Assembly: GCA_947305945.1 (NCBI GenBank)
Contig: CAMZFA010000001.1
Coordinates: forward strand, 1 to 40,088
Length of the DNA: 40,088 nt
Reading direction: 5' to 3'
Source: an uncultured Spirochaetales bacterium
GTDB lineage: Bacteria; Spirochaetota; Spirochaetia; Sphaerochaetales; Sphaerochaetaceae
Shown here: positions 8,122 to 17,277 of the stretch, in pieces
How positions within the stretch are numbered: position 1 is the stretch's first letter
Layout: every line of letters begins with the position of its first letter
Position numbers and translations under genes: made by a program
Notes under the pieces: generated by a model
What the model saw: only the letters and a program-made list of their open reading frames with translations
Told to the model about the DNA's origin: nothing
Database searches by the model: none

Positions 8122-8153
8122 GGGGCTGTGCAGTTTTGTTCTGCGACAGCCCC
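8122..8153. terminator. Hairpin terminator between convergent genes, stronger for the minus-strand operon
   Basis: GGGGCTGTGCAG-ttttgtt-CTGCGACAGCCCC, a 12-bp stem with one bulge. On the minus strand it is followed by TTTATTATGG. Confidence 0.6.
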
Positions 8154-8174
8154 TCTGTAATCAGTTAAATATAA

Positions 8175-9827
8175 TCAGTTGAATGTCACAATGCAGGGAT
8201 CGTAGTCCTCGGGGGCCTTGTAGCCCAGCATCTCAATACAGGTTGTTGCTATTGAGCTTATGCCCAGACCTGTTTTGAGCTCCTTGGAGTACTCTCCGTT
8301 GTAGCACGGGTCAAAGACAATGCATGGTACGGGGTTCAGGGAGTGGCTGGTCTTTGCCTTGGGGCGGCCTGCGCTGTCCTTGGCAAGGGAGCCGTCCTTC
8401 TTGTGCTCGTACATGTCATCCGAGTTGCCGTGGTCTGCGGTAATGATCATTACTCCGCCGGCCTTTGCCACGGCATCCCTGATTCTGCCTATCTGGAGAT
8501 CCATTCCTTCAACCGAGCAGACAACTGCCTCGAAAACGCCTGTGTGACCGACCATGTCTCCGTTGGGGAAGTTGAGCTTGATGAAGTCCCACTTGCCGCT
8601 TTCAATCTCTGAGATTACGCGGTCTGTGATCTCCGCGCACTTCATCCACGGTCTCTGCTCGAACGGGACCTTGTCGGAGGGAATTTCAACATATTCTTCA
8701 AGCTTGTCGTCAAACTTGCCGCTCTTGTTGCCGTTGAAGAAGTATGTCACGTGGCCGAACTTCTGGGTCTCTGAGATTGAGAACTGTCTTACTCCTGTTT
8801 TGCACAGATATTCTGCCATGGTCCTGTCGATTGCGGGCGGGCTTACCAGATACTGTGAAGGTACGTGGAGGTCTCCGTCATATTCCATCATTCCGGCATA
8901 CTCAACTGCGGGAACGCGCTTTCTGTCAAACTCCGCAAGTTCCTTTGCCTCAAAGGCCTTTGAAATCTCAAGGGCTCTGTCTCCGCGGAAGTTGAAAAGG
9001 ATGAATGAGTCTCCGTCCTCAACTGTTCCAACCGGCTTGCCGTTTTCTGCAATGACAAACGGGGGAAGGTCCTGGTCAATGGCGCCTGTTTCCTTTCTGA
9101 GGGTCTCAATTGCATCGTGTGCGTTGTCAAAACAGCGGCCTTCGCCCAGAACGTGGGTTTCCCAACCCTTGCGGACCATGTCCCAGTTGGCGTTGTAGCG
9201 GTCCATTGTTATGACCATTCTGCCGCCGCCGGAGGCTATCCTGCCGTCAAATGTTCCGTCTGCAGAAAGATCTGCAAGGAAAGCTGCAAAGGGGTCAAAG
9301 TAGTCAAGTGCGCTTGTGGGGTCTACGTCTCTTCCGTCAAGAAGAGCATGTACACGGACCTTCTTCACCCCTTCCTTCTTGGCCCGGACAATCATGTCCT
9401 TGAGGTTCTTAATGTGGCTGTGAACGTTTCCGTCGCTGAGAAGTCCCAGAAAGTGGAGCGTGGAGTTGTTCTTTTTGACATTTTCAATGAGTTTGGTCCA
9501 TGTTGCGCCACGGAACATCTCTCCGGTCTCTATGGAGGAGGCAACAAGTTTTGCCCCCTGTGCAAAGACCCTGCCGCAGCCCATTGCGTTGTGTCCCACC
9601 TCGCTGTTTCCCATGTCATCATCTGTGGGAAGACCTACTGCAGTGCCGTGGGCCTTGAGTTTTGTCCAGGGGCAGCTTGCCATAAGGGAATCAAGATTCT
9701 CCTTCATGGCGCGCTTTACTGCGTCACCGTCCTCATATTTTCCGAAGCCTACGCCGTCCATGATTACAAGGACAACAGGTCCCTTGCGGCTGATTTTTCC
9801 GTTTTTCTGAAGTTTTTCAACTGCCAT
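8175..9827 (-). CDS. gpmI: 2,3-bisphosphoglycerate-independent phosphoglycerate mutase, long ~550-aa form
   Basis: 550 aa. Motifs VVLVIMDGVGFG, MGNSEVGHNAMGCGRVFAQGAKLV and ITADHGNSDDM are present. Confidence 0.9.
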   Translation of the reverse strand: MAVEKLQKNGKISRKGPVVLVIMDGVGFGKYEDGDAVKRAMKENLDSLMASCPWTKLKAHGTAVGLPTDDDMGNSEVGHNAMGCGRVFAQGAKLVASSIETGEMFRGATWTKLIENVKKNNSTLHFLGLLSDGNVHSHIKNLKDMIVRAKKEGVKKVRVHALLDGRDVDPTSALDYFDPFAAFLADLSADGTFDGRIASGGGRMVITMDRYNANWDMVRKGWETHVLGEGRCFDNAHDAIETLRKETGAIDQDLPPFVIAENGKPVGTVEDGDSFILFNFRGDRALEISKAFEAKELAEFDRKRVPAVEYAGMMEYDGDLHVPSQYLVSPPAIDRTMAEYLCKTGVRQFSISETQKFGHVTYFFNGNKSGKFDDKLEEYVEIPSDKVPFEQRPWMKCAEITDRVISEIESGKWDFIKLNFPNGDMVGHTGVFEAVVCSVEGMDLQIGRIRDAVAKAGGVMIITADHGNSDDMYEHKKDGSLAKDSAGRPKAKTSHSLNPVPCIVFDPCYNGEYSKELKTGLGISSIATTCIEMLGYKAPEDYDPCIVTFN

Positions 9828-9853
9828 AACGTTCTCCTGTGTATTGTTCGATG

Positions 9854-11032
9854 TTATTCGAATTTCCTGTTTCTGAATTTGTATATGTTGACAAGGTTTT
9901 CATACCTTTCAATTACCGTGTCCATTATGAGTCCGTCCCATCTGAGCGGGATGGTCTCCTTTGCTTTTGCGCTTATCTGGTCTCTCTTTTCCTGAGGAAG
10001 GCTGAGGAAGAAGGCAACCTTGCCGGCAAAGTCATCCGTGGTGTCCTTGCACAGCAGGCCGTTCTCCCCGTTTCTTATGCTCTCTCCTGCCGCAGAGCCT
10101 TCAACCACCACGGAGGGGGTGCCCATGAGGGCGGCTTCCCTGACCACGAGGGAGAATGTGTCATAGAGGGAGGGGAATACAAAGAGGGTGGAAAGATAGT
10201 ACAGGCAGTCCAGGACCTTGGAGTCCTGAAGGTGGCCTGTCATGACAAAGCGGTCCCCTATTCCCACCTTCTGTGCCAGTTCCTTCACGGCCTCCTCGTC
10301 CGGGCCTTTTCCGGCAAAGACAAGCTGGAAATCATAACCGGTCTTCTTGAGCTGGGACGCTCCTTCTATTATTCTTCTGAGATTTTTCTTCCAGTTTATC
10401 TGTCCTACATAGAGCAGGATGGGGGCGTCTTTCCTCAGGCCGAACTTGGAAGCAACCTCTTCCAGCATTTCTGTGTGAAGTTCCCTGACGTTGGTTCCGT
10501 TGGGCACGATTATCAGTTTTCCCTTGTAGCCGTAGCTCTGCAGCGTTTCGGCGGAGTTTTCGGAGACTGTCCAGACTTCGTCGCACTGGCTGTAGAAATC
10601 GGCGACCATTTCGGAGCCTATCTTTGCAAGCATCCTGCTTTTGGTTGCTATGAGGATGTCATCATAGTATTTGGAGTGGAATGTGCCCACCAGGGGGACG
10701 TTGCGCTTTTTTGCGTAGTGGACGGCCGAGTGCCCAGCAAAAGCGGGGGAGTGGGTGTGGCATATGTCCAGGTCAATAAGTTTCATTCGGGCGGTGAAGT
10801 GGGTGTCGAATGTGTCTATGCCCACCTTCCACGGGGAGCCCTTGGACAGCTGGAGTGCGTTGTAGTCAACAATCTCGAAAGGGTATTTTCCCCTGAAGCC
10901 CATGTTGTCCGTGGGACAGATTACATAGACCTCCTGGTCGCGGAGCGAGAGGGTGTCCGCGTAGGCTTTCACAACCCTTCCCACGCCGTCTATTATCGGA
11001 AGAAACGAATCTGAAAACTCGCCTATTCTCAT
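9854..11032 (-). CDS. GT4 glycosyltransferase, resembling monoglycosyl-diacylglycerol synthases
   Basis: 392 aa. The N-terminus MRIGEFSDSFLPIIDGVGRVV resembles what I recall of the Acholeplasma alMGS-type N-terminus. C-terminal GT4 E-x7-E context is PSLYDTFSLVVREAALMGTP. Lipid specificity is inferred only. Confidence 0.8.
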   Translation of the reverse strand: MRIGEFSDSFLPIIDGVGRVVKAYADTLSLRDQEVYVICPTDNMGFRGKYPFEIVDYNALQLSKGSPWKVGIDTFDTHFTARMKLIDLDICHTHSPAFAGHSAVHYAKKRNVPLVGTFHSKYYDDILIATKSRMLAKIGSEMVADFYSQCDEVWTVSENSAETLQSYGYKGKLIIVPNGTNVRELHTEMLEEVASKFGLRKDAPILLYVGQINWKKNLRRIIEGASQLKKTGYDFQLVFAGKGPDEEAVKELAQKVGIGDRFVMTGHLQDSKVLDCLYYLSTLFVFPSLYDTFSLVVREAALMGTPSVVVEGSAAGESIRNGENGLLCKDTTDDFAGKVAFFLSLPQEKRDQISAKAKETIPLRWDGLIMDTVIERYENLVNIYKFRNRKFE

Positions 11033-11044
11033 GCGTGCCTCACA

Positions 11045-11785
11045 TCAGTATTTTACATCCGTGGCCTTTGAAACTAGCATTACGGTCATGTAGCAGAGAA
11101 CCGTGAATGCCGTTCCGGCCATGTTGATTATTTTTTCATCGTAGTAGAAGTTTATTATGTTGCCCGCTATGAAAAGCAGGGCGGAGAAATGTCTTATCAG
11201 GTAGCTTCCCGGCGGGTCCAGTATGATCTGGCGCAGAAAGAGTATTGCCGCACAGGAGTAAATGACCGAGACGAACAGGGAGAAGCCCAGGTTTTTGCCC
11301 AGAACGTCAATCTCCTGTGTTGCCGGGACAATAAGTGCGGTGATGAGTGAAAAGGCCATTGAAAGCAGAATGTAGTACGTTACCGCGGACGGTTCCCTGT
11401 TCTGATAGAAGAAACTGAAACCGAAGATGGAGAAGGCCGACATCAGAAGAGCGAATGAAAGGATTCTGTTCAGGATGACGGGACTGTAGGGCATTATGAA
11501 GGTTATGGCCGTGAAATCCGGCAGGATGCGGAATTCAAAGACCATGGAGAACAACAGGAACATGGGCAGGAACGCCGTATCAAGGCCCGAGCCGGAGAAG
11601 AGCGAGTTGTAGTAGAAAAGAAGGAATACAAACAAAACCGCGCTTCTGACTATGCAGGATGCGTAGGTTATTATGCGGTCTATATCCGATGTGCGGGCCA
11701 GTACATAGATGCACAGAGCCATAAGGGCAAGCAGAACCAGGGAGGCAAGGAAAATGATTATGACTCTGAGCGTTCTGCCTGTCAT
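11045..11785 (-). CDS. Polytopic membrane protein of unknown function
   Basis: 246 aa with about 7-8 hydrophobic segments and no motif I recognise. ATGA overlap with the upstream gene. Confidence 0.6.
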   Translation of the reverse strand: MTGRTLRVIIIFLASLVLLALMALCIYVLARTSDIDRIITYASCIVRSAVLFVFLLFYYNSLFSGSGLDTAFLPMFLLFSMVFEFRILPDFTAITFIMPYSPVILNRILSFALLMSAFSIFGFSFFYQNREPSAVTYYILLSMAFSLITALIVPATQEIDVLGKNLGFSLFVSVIYSCAAILFLRQIILDPPGSYLIRHFSALLFIAGNIINFYYDEKIINMAGTAFTVLCYMTVMLVSKATDVKY

Positions 11786-12957
11786 ATCATATCCTTCCTG
11801 TAGACATAGGTTCCGGCTTTGAGGTTGACTGCACAGACGTCTGCGGCAAGGCCGGCGGACAATGTGTTCACAAGGGCTGCTATTCCTGCGCAGAGGGGCA
11901 GGGCTGCAAGTGCCGGTGAAACTGCTGCAGCGCCGCTTCCCATGTAGTTGAGGGCGTAGACGCTTATGAACAGAATCTCAGAGCCCGGTGCCATGCAGCA
12001 GATGATGCTGAACAGCGAGCAGCTCAGTACAACGGGAAGAAGCCTTCCCAAACCGATCTGGAGAGAAGACGAGCCGAAGAGCACAAAGCAGGAGAAGAGT
12101 GTTGCGCAGGCTGCGCTTCCTCCCTTTGCAAAGAACATTGACTGTACTGCGGTAAGGGATACTACTCTCTTCTGGACGCCCAGGTTGTTTCTGACCGAGG
12201 TGTAGAAGGGAACCGCAGCCACGGCGGAATTTCCGGACAGGAAGGCCGGAAGAACCGCAGGCAGAAGGCGGAACATCCTGCTGTACGGGTTGTGTTTGAG
12301 CCCGGTTGCAACAAAGTATGACAACGGCAGAAGCCCGAATACCGCCAGAAGTGCAAAGATTACAAAAGTGGCGACCCAGGAACTTGTAAGGTCCGTTGCA
12401 AGTGTGACATCTGTCCATCTGGCGCTTATGAAGAAAAGCGGAATCCACCAGAATCTGGACAGATCCAGACAGAGGCGGTAGGAAACCTCGGACAGCGAGT
12501 TTGCTATGTTGTATATGGGCGTGAAGACGGAACTTGTGGGCCTGACGGCAAAACCGGTGACAAATGAAGCGGCAATCACGGCCGCCATGATGTTGCGGTA
12601 ATTGAGAACGTTCAGGGCAAGCGCGGCGGAGTCTTCCGAAGCAAATGATGCCGGAATTCCCGCCGGCATGGTTTTGAATGCCAGCGCCGCGCATAGGGAG
12701 AGAAGCAGTGTTGTGCACACTCCCCAGAGAAGGCTGAGCAGGAAGGTCTTGAGCCCTATGTCATGCCTTCCTGCAAAGGATGCAACGCTTGCCGCAAAAG
12801 TGGTGAAAACAACGACCAGAAGCAACACGGAAGAAACTGACAGCACAACCTGTGAGGCTGTGACTGTCAGCATTTCAAACCAGGCGTAGTCGCCGAACAG
12901 AAAGTAAAATGCCGATCCCAATGCGCAGGCAATGGAATACGTTAGCCAGTTTCTCAT
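11782..12957 (-). CDS. Polytopic membrane protein, at most weakly DAACS/sodium:dicarboxylate-symporter-like
   Basis: 391 aa with about 10 hydrophobic segments. GNSAVAAVPF vaguely recalls the SSxATLP motif of DAACS transporters. The family call is low confidence. ATGA overlap with the GH13 gene stop. Confidence 0.6.
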   Translation of the reverse strand: MRNWLTYSIACALGSAFYFLFGDYAWFEMLTVTASQVVLSVSSVLLLVVVFTTFAASVASFAGRHDIGLKTFLLSLLWGVCTTLLLSLCAALAFKTMPAGIPASFASEDSAALALNVLNYRNIMAAVIAASFVTGFAVRPTSSVFTPIYNIANSLSEVSYRLCLDLSRFWWIPLFFISARWTDVTLATDLTSSWVATFVIFALLAVFGLLPLSYFVATGLKHNPYSRMFRLLPAVLPAFLSGNSAVAAVPFYTSVRNNLGVQKRVVSLTAVQSMFFAKGGSAACATLFSCFVLFGSSSLQIGLGRLLPVVLSCSLFSIICCMAPGSEILFISVYALNYMGSGAAAVSPALAALPLCAGIAALVNTLSAGLAADVCAVNLKAGTYVYRKDMI

Positions 12958-15900
12958 TTAAGTCCTACCAACTTGAAGCCTGCAGCAGCGTTCTTTCTGA
13001 GCCAGGTCTTCACGGCTTCCTTGCTTTCCTCCTCGGTTGCACCGTTGAGAAGAGCGTCTGCAAGGCAGGCAATGAACATGCACTCCTGGAAGGCCTCTCC
13101 GTTGTACCAGCAGATTCCCTGGTACTCGTTTCTTCCCATGAGGTCGAGGAAGCTGTGGTTGTCCAGCAGATCTCTGATCTTCTTGGAATCGGATGAGACG
13201 AGCAGTGCGCTCCTGCTTATGTTGGACAGACTTGTCTCAAACAGACGGTCGAACATGAGAGTGCGGGCAATATTCATGATGTCCTGCAGGGAGTCCCCGG
13301 GTTTTGCAAACGGCAGCAGGAGGAAGGCACCCTCAAGCGTGGTTGCCAGCTGGTCGCCCAGGATGATTCCGCCGTCGGAGAACACCTCCCACTTGCACAC
13401 CTGCTCAAGGCGGGAGACAAGGCTGACAATCTTTGCCGGTTTGAGTTCTCTTGTCTGAAGGCCTATCTTTGCAAACACGTCCTTCAGCTCGTCCATGTAG
13501 GTGTAGCAGTTTGCAAGGTTCTGCAGGATTTCCCTTCTGGCTGCCGCCGATGTCCTTCCGGACAGCAGGCTCTTGAGGGCCTTTTTCAGGGCCGGGTTCT
13601 TTATGTTCTGTGCAACGTCGAAGAAGGGCTGGAGGTACATGAGCCTGATTTCAAGGTCAATGTCCGCAATTCCCCTGTCTCCTATGCGGTTGTACAGGCT
13701 CTCGTAAATGCCGTCCACATCCTCAATTTCCCTTATGTCCATCAGAATCTTTGTCTGATAGCCGTCAAGTGAGACCCAGAGGCCTTCCTCGAACAGGCGC
13801 ATTGACGGGCAGATGTGCCACAGGTTCTCGTTGAAATCCCTGTAGATGACAAATCTTCTGCCGCCCATTGTGAGTCTGAGGGCGTGGGCAATGGATGTTG
13901 TCTCAAGGGCATGTGTTTCCTTGTTGAGCTTGGGAGCGGACTCGTAGATTCTTCCCTGTGCATGCTCGAACCTGTTGTTGAACAGGACAAGGGTCATCTG
14001 TCTGTCGTCTCCGTTTGCAAATGCATATACGGACTCTTCAACGCTGTCTCCGTTTCTGACATCGAAAATCTGGAAATAGCGGCATTCGGAGAAGAGGTGA
14101 CGCATCTTGAGGAGCGGGAATATCTTTGCCCTGTGCCTGTCAATCAGGCCCTGGTCGGGCTTCTCATCCCAGTATGCTCTCTGGTATTCCATTCCGTACT
14201 TCTCATGGAAGCCTTCAATCTGGCCGTGACCGAACAGGGGCAGACCGGGCATTGTTGAGAGCATGGTACAGATTCCGAAGTACTTGTCTCCGTTTCCGAA
14301 CTGTGCAATTGCGGTGTCTTCATCCGGGTTGTTCATGAAGTTGACATAGCGCTTGAGGATCTCCGGATCAAAGGCGATTGTGGCCTTGATTGAATCCCTG
14401 TACTTGCGGTTGTCCTCGTTCTTCATCATGTGCATGAAGGCGCTGTTGTAAACCCTGTGCATTCCCAGTGTGCGGACAAAGTAGCTTTCCATCATCCAGA
14501 ATGCCTCTGCAAGAAGCAGGGTGTCCGGAAGCTCTTCCTGGATTCTGTCCACAACCTCACGCCAGAATTCAACGGGAATCCTGCGGTTGAACTCTTCATC
14601 CGACATGCTGTAGGCGGACCTGCCTGCAACATCGCCGCCGGTGCCCGGTTTGGGGTACCAGAGGCGCTGGATGTGTCTCTTGGCAAGGGTCATGGCCGCG
14701 TCGAAGCGGATGATGGGGAAGTTTCTTGCAACTTCAAGGATCTGCTGGATTACCGCTTCCCTTGTGACGGGGTTCAGGTAGTCAAGCTGGGCGGTGTCAT
14801 TCCAGGGCATTGTGGTGCCGTCGTTTCCGTGGAAGATGTAGCTTGTCTTTCCGGTTCTGTGGTCTCTGAACTGGAAGGTTACGGCTGCGTCCGTGCGGTT
14901 GAAATAGTGGTCTTCAATTCTTATCTCAACGGCGGGGTTCTCCGAGAGGTTCTCTCCTGTGTATGTGTAGGAGGGGAACGGGGGATAGTCCTGGCTGATG
15001 AAGTATTCGGGGTGGTTGAACATCCATTCGCTGTCAAGGCCTGTGTGGTTGGGAACCATGTCGCTGGCCAGTCTGATTCCGCGCATGCGGCAGCGTTCAC
15101 GAAGGTTGTTCAGGGCGTTCCAGCCGCCCATTCTGTTGGATATGAAGTAACCCTTGAGCGAATAGGCCGAGGACTCGGCGTCCGGGTTTCCGCAGAGGGT
15201 TTTGATTTTCTTTGATGCGGGGCTTCTTTCCCAGAGTCCGATGAGCCAGAGGGCTGTGAAACCGCAATCGCGCAGGAAGTCAAGTTCCTCATCGGGAATG
15301 GCGTCCAGAGTGTGGATGTCCCTGCCGTACTTCTTGCTCAGCTGGTCAAGCCAGACAAGGGTGCTCTTGGCCATCATGACAACGTTGGGCATCCAATGCT
15401 TGTCTGCGGTGAATGACTCGTAGTCGGGCTCTCCAGAGAAGTCCGGAAGCTGGATTTCTCCCGGGCCGCCGAAGCCGTGGTTGCGCTCTTCCTCGGCAAT
15501 GAAATCCAGTGCGTTGAGCAGGAGGATTTTCAGGAAATCCGGGAGGTAGACTCCCCAGTGTTCAATTATGTATGCAATCTGCTTTTTCAGGTCATCCGGG
15601 AAAAGCCTTGCGGGCATGGTGAGGAATGTGAACAGGTCATCCTCTCCGGAGTCTGCAATTGATGTGCCCTTGAGGTAGCTTCCCAGCAGTGCGTTCAGGG
15701 CTTTTGCGCCTTCCGGGAAGTTCATTCCCTTCTGGCTGAGCATCTGAGCTGTTGCCTTGAGGATGGCGGGGTTTGCCTGAAGAACCTGATGGATGAAGAA
15801 AGCTCTTGCCGTTTCCTCCGGGTCGGTTTCCTCAAGTTCCGAGGGGAACATCTGGCCGTAATAGGCAAGTACGGCGGCACAGTCCGTGTTCTTCTCTGCA

Positions 15901-16163
15901 AGCACGCTGATTCTGCTGAACGGGTCCGTTTCCTTGGTTTTGAGGAATTCCGTGGTGACCGCCTGGTAGATCAGATGAAGGACAGCCGTGCTGTTCAGGC
16001 CTGCGGCCGATATCTTCTCTTCGTGTTTGCTGTTGTAGAGGGCCGCTACGTCCTGGGCCTGTCTGTACAGTTCCCTGGGTGTTTTCTCTGTTTCAAAAAC
16101 AGGTGTGAAGAGGGACATTGTTTTTCTTGAGATGTCTGAAATTCTGAAGTCTCTGTTCTTCAT
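12954..16163 (-). CDS. Large cytoplasmic alpha-amylase-family (GH13) protein
   Basis: 1069 aa with no signal peptide. GH13 regions: I DMVPNHTG, II IIRFDAAMTLAKRH, III LLLAEAFWMM, IV-like FMNNPDED (the usual His is Pro). It has about 270 aa of N-terminal and about 350 aa of C-terminal extensions that I cannot assign. Confidence 0.85.
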   Translation of the reverse strand: MKNRDFRISDISRKTMSLFTPVFETEKTPRELYRQAQDVAALYNSKHEEKISAAGLNSTAVLHLIYQAVTTEFLKTKETDPFSRISVLAEKNTDCAAVLAYYGQMFPSELEETDPEETARAFFIHQVLQANPAILKATAQMLSQKGMNFPEGAKALNALLGSYLKGTSIADSGEDDLFTFLTMPARLFPDDLKKQIAYIIEHWGVYLPDFLKILLLNALDFIAEEERNHGFGGPGEIQLPDFSGEPDYESFTADKHWMPNVVMMAKSTLVWLDQLSKKYGRDIHTLDAIPDEELDFLRDCGFTALWLIGLWERSPASKKIKTLCGNPDAESSAYSLKGYFISNRMGGWNALNNLRERCRMRGIRLASDMVPNHTGLDSEWMFNHPEYFISQDYPPFPSYTYTGENLSENPAVEIRIEDHYFNRTDAAVTFQFRDHRTGKTSYIFHGNDGTTMPWNDTAQLDYLNPVTREAVIQQILEVARNFPIIRFDAAMTLAKRHIQRLWYPKPGTGGDVAGRSAYSMSDEEFNRRIPVEFWREVVDRIQEELPDTLLLAEAFWMMESYFVRTLGMHRVYNSAFMHMMKNEDNRKYRDSIKATIAFDPEILKRYVNFMNNPDEDTAIAQFGNGDKYFGICTMLSTMPGLPLFGHGQIEGFHEKYGMEYQRAYWDEKPDQGLIDRHRAKIFPLLKMRHLFSECRYFQIFDVRNGDSVEESVYAFANGDDRQMTLVLFNNRFEHAQGRIYESAPKLNKETHALETTSIAHALRLTMGGRRFVIYRDFNENLWHICPSMRLFEEGLWVSLDGYQTKILMDIREIEDVDGIYESLYNRIGDRGIADIDLEIRLMYLQPFFDVAQNIKNPALKKALKSLLSGRTSAAARREILQNLANCYTYMDELKDVFAKIGLQTRELKPAKIVSLVSRLEQVCKWEVFSDGGIILGDQLATTLEGAFLLLPFAKPGDSLQDIMNIARTLMFDRLFETSLSNISRSALLVSSDSKKIRDLLDNHSFLDLMGRNEYQGICWYNGEAFQECMFIACLADALLNGATEEESKEAVKTWLRKNAAAGFKLVGLK

Positions 16164-16165
16164 TT

Positions 16166-16675
16166 TTAACTCCGGATAAATGAACTGAGCTGCTCTTGCG
16201 CTTTGGAGAATACGGCGGGAAGTTCCGCCTCTTCTTTTTCGGAAAAACGTGCAAGGACAAACGAAGAAACTTCCATGGGGCCTTCCGGTCTGCCCACTCC
16301 TATGCGGAGTCTGACAAAGCCTTCCGTTCCAAGATGCTGCTTCACGGACCGCAGTCCGTTATGTCCGCCCGTTCCTCCTCCGGCTCTGAGGATGACACGG
16401 CCGAAGCCCAGCTCTATGTCATCATGTACCACAAGAATCCTGTCCGCGGGGATTCCGAAGAAGTCCGAGCATTCCCTGACGCTCAGACCGCTTTCATTCA
16501 TGAAGGTAGAGGGTCTGAGCCAGACCGTTTCTCCCTCCTTGAAGAACTCTCCGTGGAACTTTGTCTGCCAGGGCCCTGCCGGGTTCAGATATGTGCAGAA
16601 AAGGCGGGCAACGTTGTGCCTTGTTTTCTCATACTGACTCCCGGGGTTGCCGGGAAAGACTATCATCCTGTGCAT
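16166..16675 (-). CDS. pth: Peptidyl-tRNA hydrolase
   Basis: 169 aa. Motifs GNPGSQYEKTRHNV, NESGLSV, VVHDDIELGFGRV and GGHNGLRS are present. The start may be the ATG three codons further in. Confidence 0.9.
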   Translation of the reverse strand: MHRMIVFPGNPGSQYEKTRHNVARLFCTYLNPAGPWQTKFHGEFFKEGETVWLRPSTFMNESGLSVRECSDFFGIPADRILVVHDDIELGFGRVILRAGGGTGGHNGLRSVKQHLGTEGFVRLRIGVGRPEGPMEVSSFVLARFSEKEEAELPAVFSKAQEQLSSFIRS

Positions 16676-16727
16676 ACGAATATAATATTATCTTGAAAAT
16701 TAATTACTAACAAGACAAAATTGGGGC

Positions 16728-17270
16728 GTGGCAAAAGCGGAGAAATTTGAAAAATCGGCCCTTGTGATGGGGGTTTTGTCTACGGCTGAAGAGCGCAGGG
16801 AAGAGCTTTTCTCTCTTCTTGAGAAGAACTTCGGAAAGATCAGGACGGTCTCTCCCGTAATGGATTTTCCGTTCACGGATTACTATGACGGCGAGATGGG
16901 ACACCGCCCTGTGCGCTATGTGATTCTGTTTGAAAACCTTGTTGATCCGTCTGTCCTTGCAGACCTGAAAACGCGTTCCAACAAGCTTGAAACGCTGTTT
17001 TCCGATGCAAATACAACTGAAGGGCAGGGGCGCCGCGTGAACCTTGATCCGGGTCTTCTCTCCCTGTCAAACTTCATTCTGGCAACCTGTAAGAACCGCA
17101 GCCACAGGGTTGCGCTGAGGGACGGTATTTATGCAGAGGTTACCCTGCTTTATCAGAACAGGGACTTTCAGGCCCTTCCCTGGACATATGCGGACTGGGC
17201 TTCAGATGAATTGCGCGCAGTCCTCAGGTCCTTCAGGAACGAACTGCGCGCCATGCTCAAGTCTTGTTGA
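16728..17270 (+). CDS. DUF4416-family protein
   Basis: 180 aa with a GTG start. VNLDPGLLSLSNFILATCKNRSHRVALRDGIYAEVTLLY...WTYADW matches my recollection of DUF4416. Confidence 0.65.
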   Translation: MAKAEKFEKSALVMGVLSTAEERREELFSLLEKNFGKIRTVSPVMDFPFTDYYDGEMGHRPVRYVILFENLVDPSVLADLKTRSNKLETLFSDANTTEGQGRRVNLDPGLLSLSNFILATCKNRSHRVALRDGIYAEVTLLYQNRDFQALPWTYADWASDELRAVLRSFRNELRAMLKSC

Positions 17271-17277
17271 ACCGGTT

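Noticed and set aside
9839-11014. A 391-aa plus-strand ORF.
   Set aside because: It lies exactly antisense to the GT4 glycosyltransferase gene. The sequence is low-complexity (G/V/H/A-rich) with no motif I recognise. It is a typical shadow ORF of a codon-biased gene.
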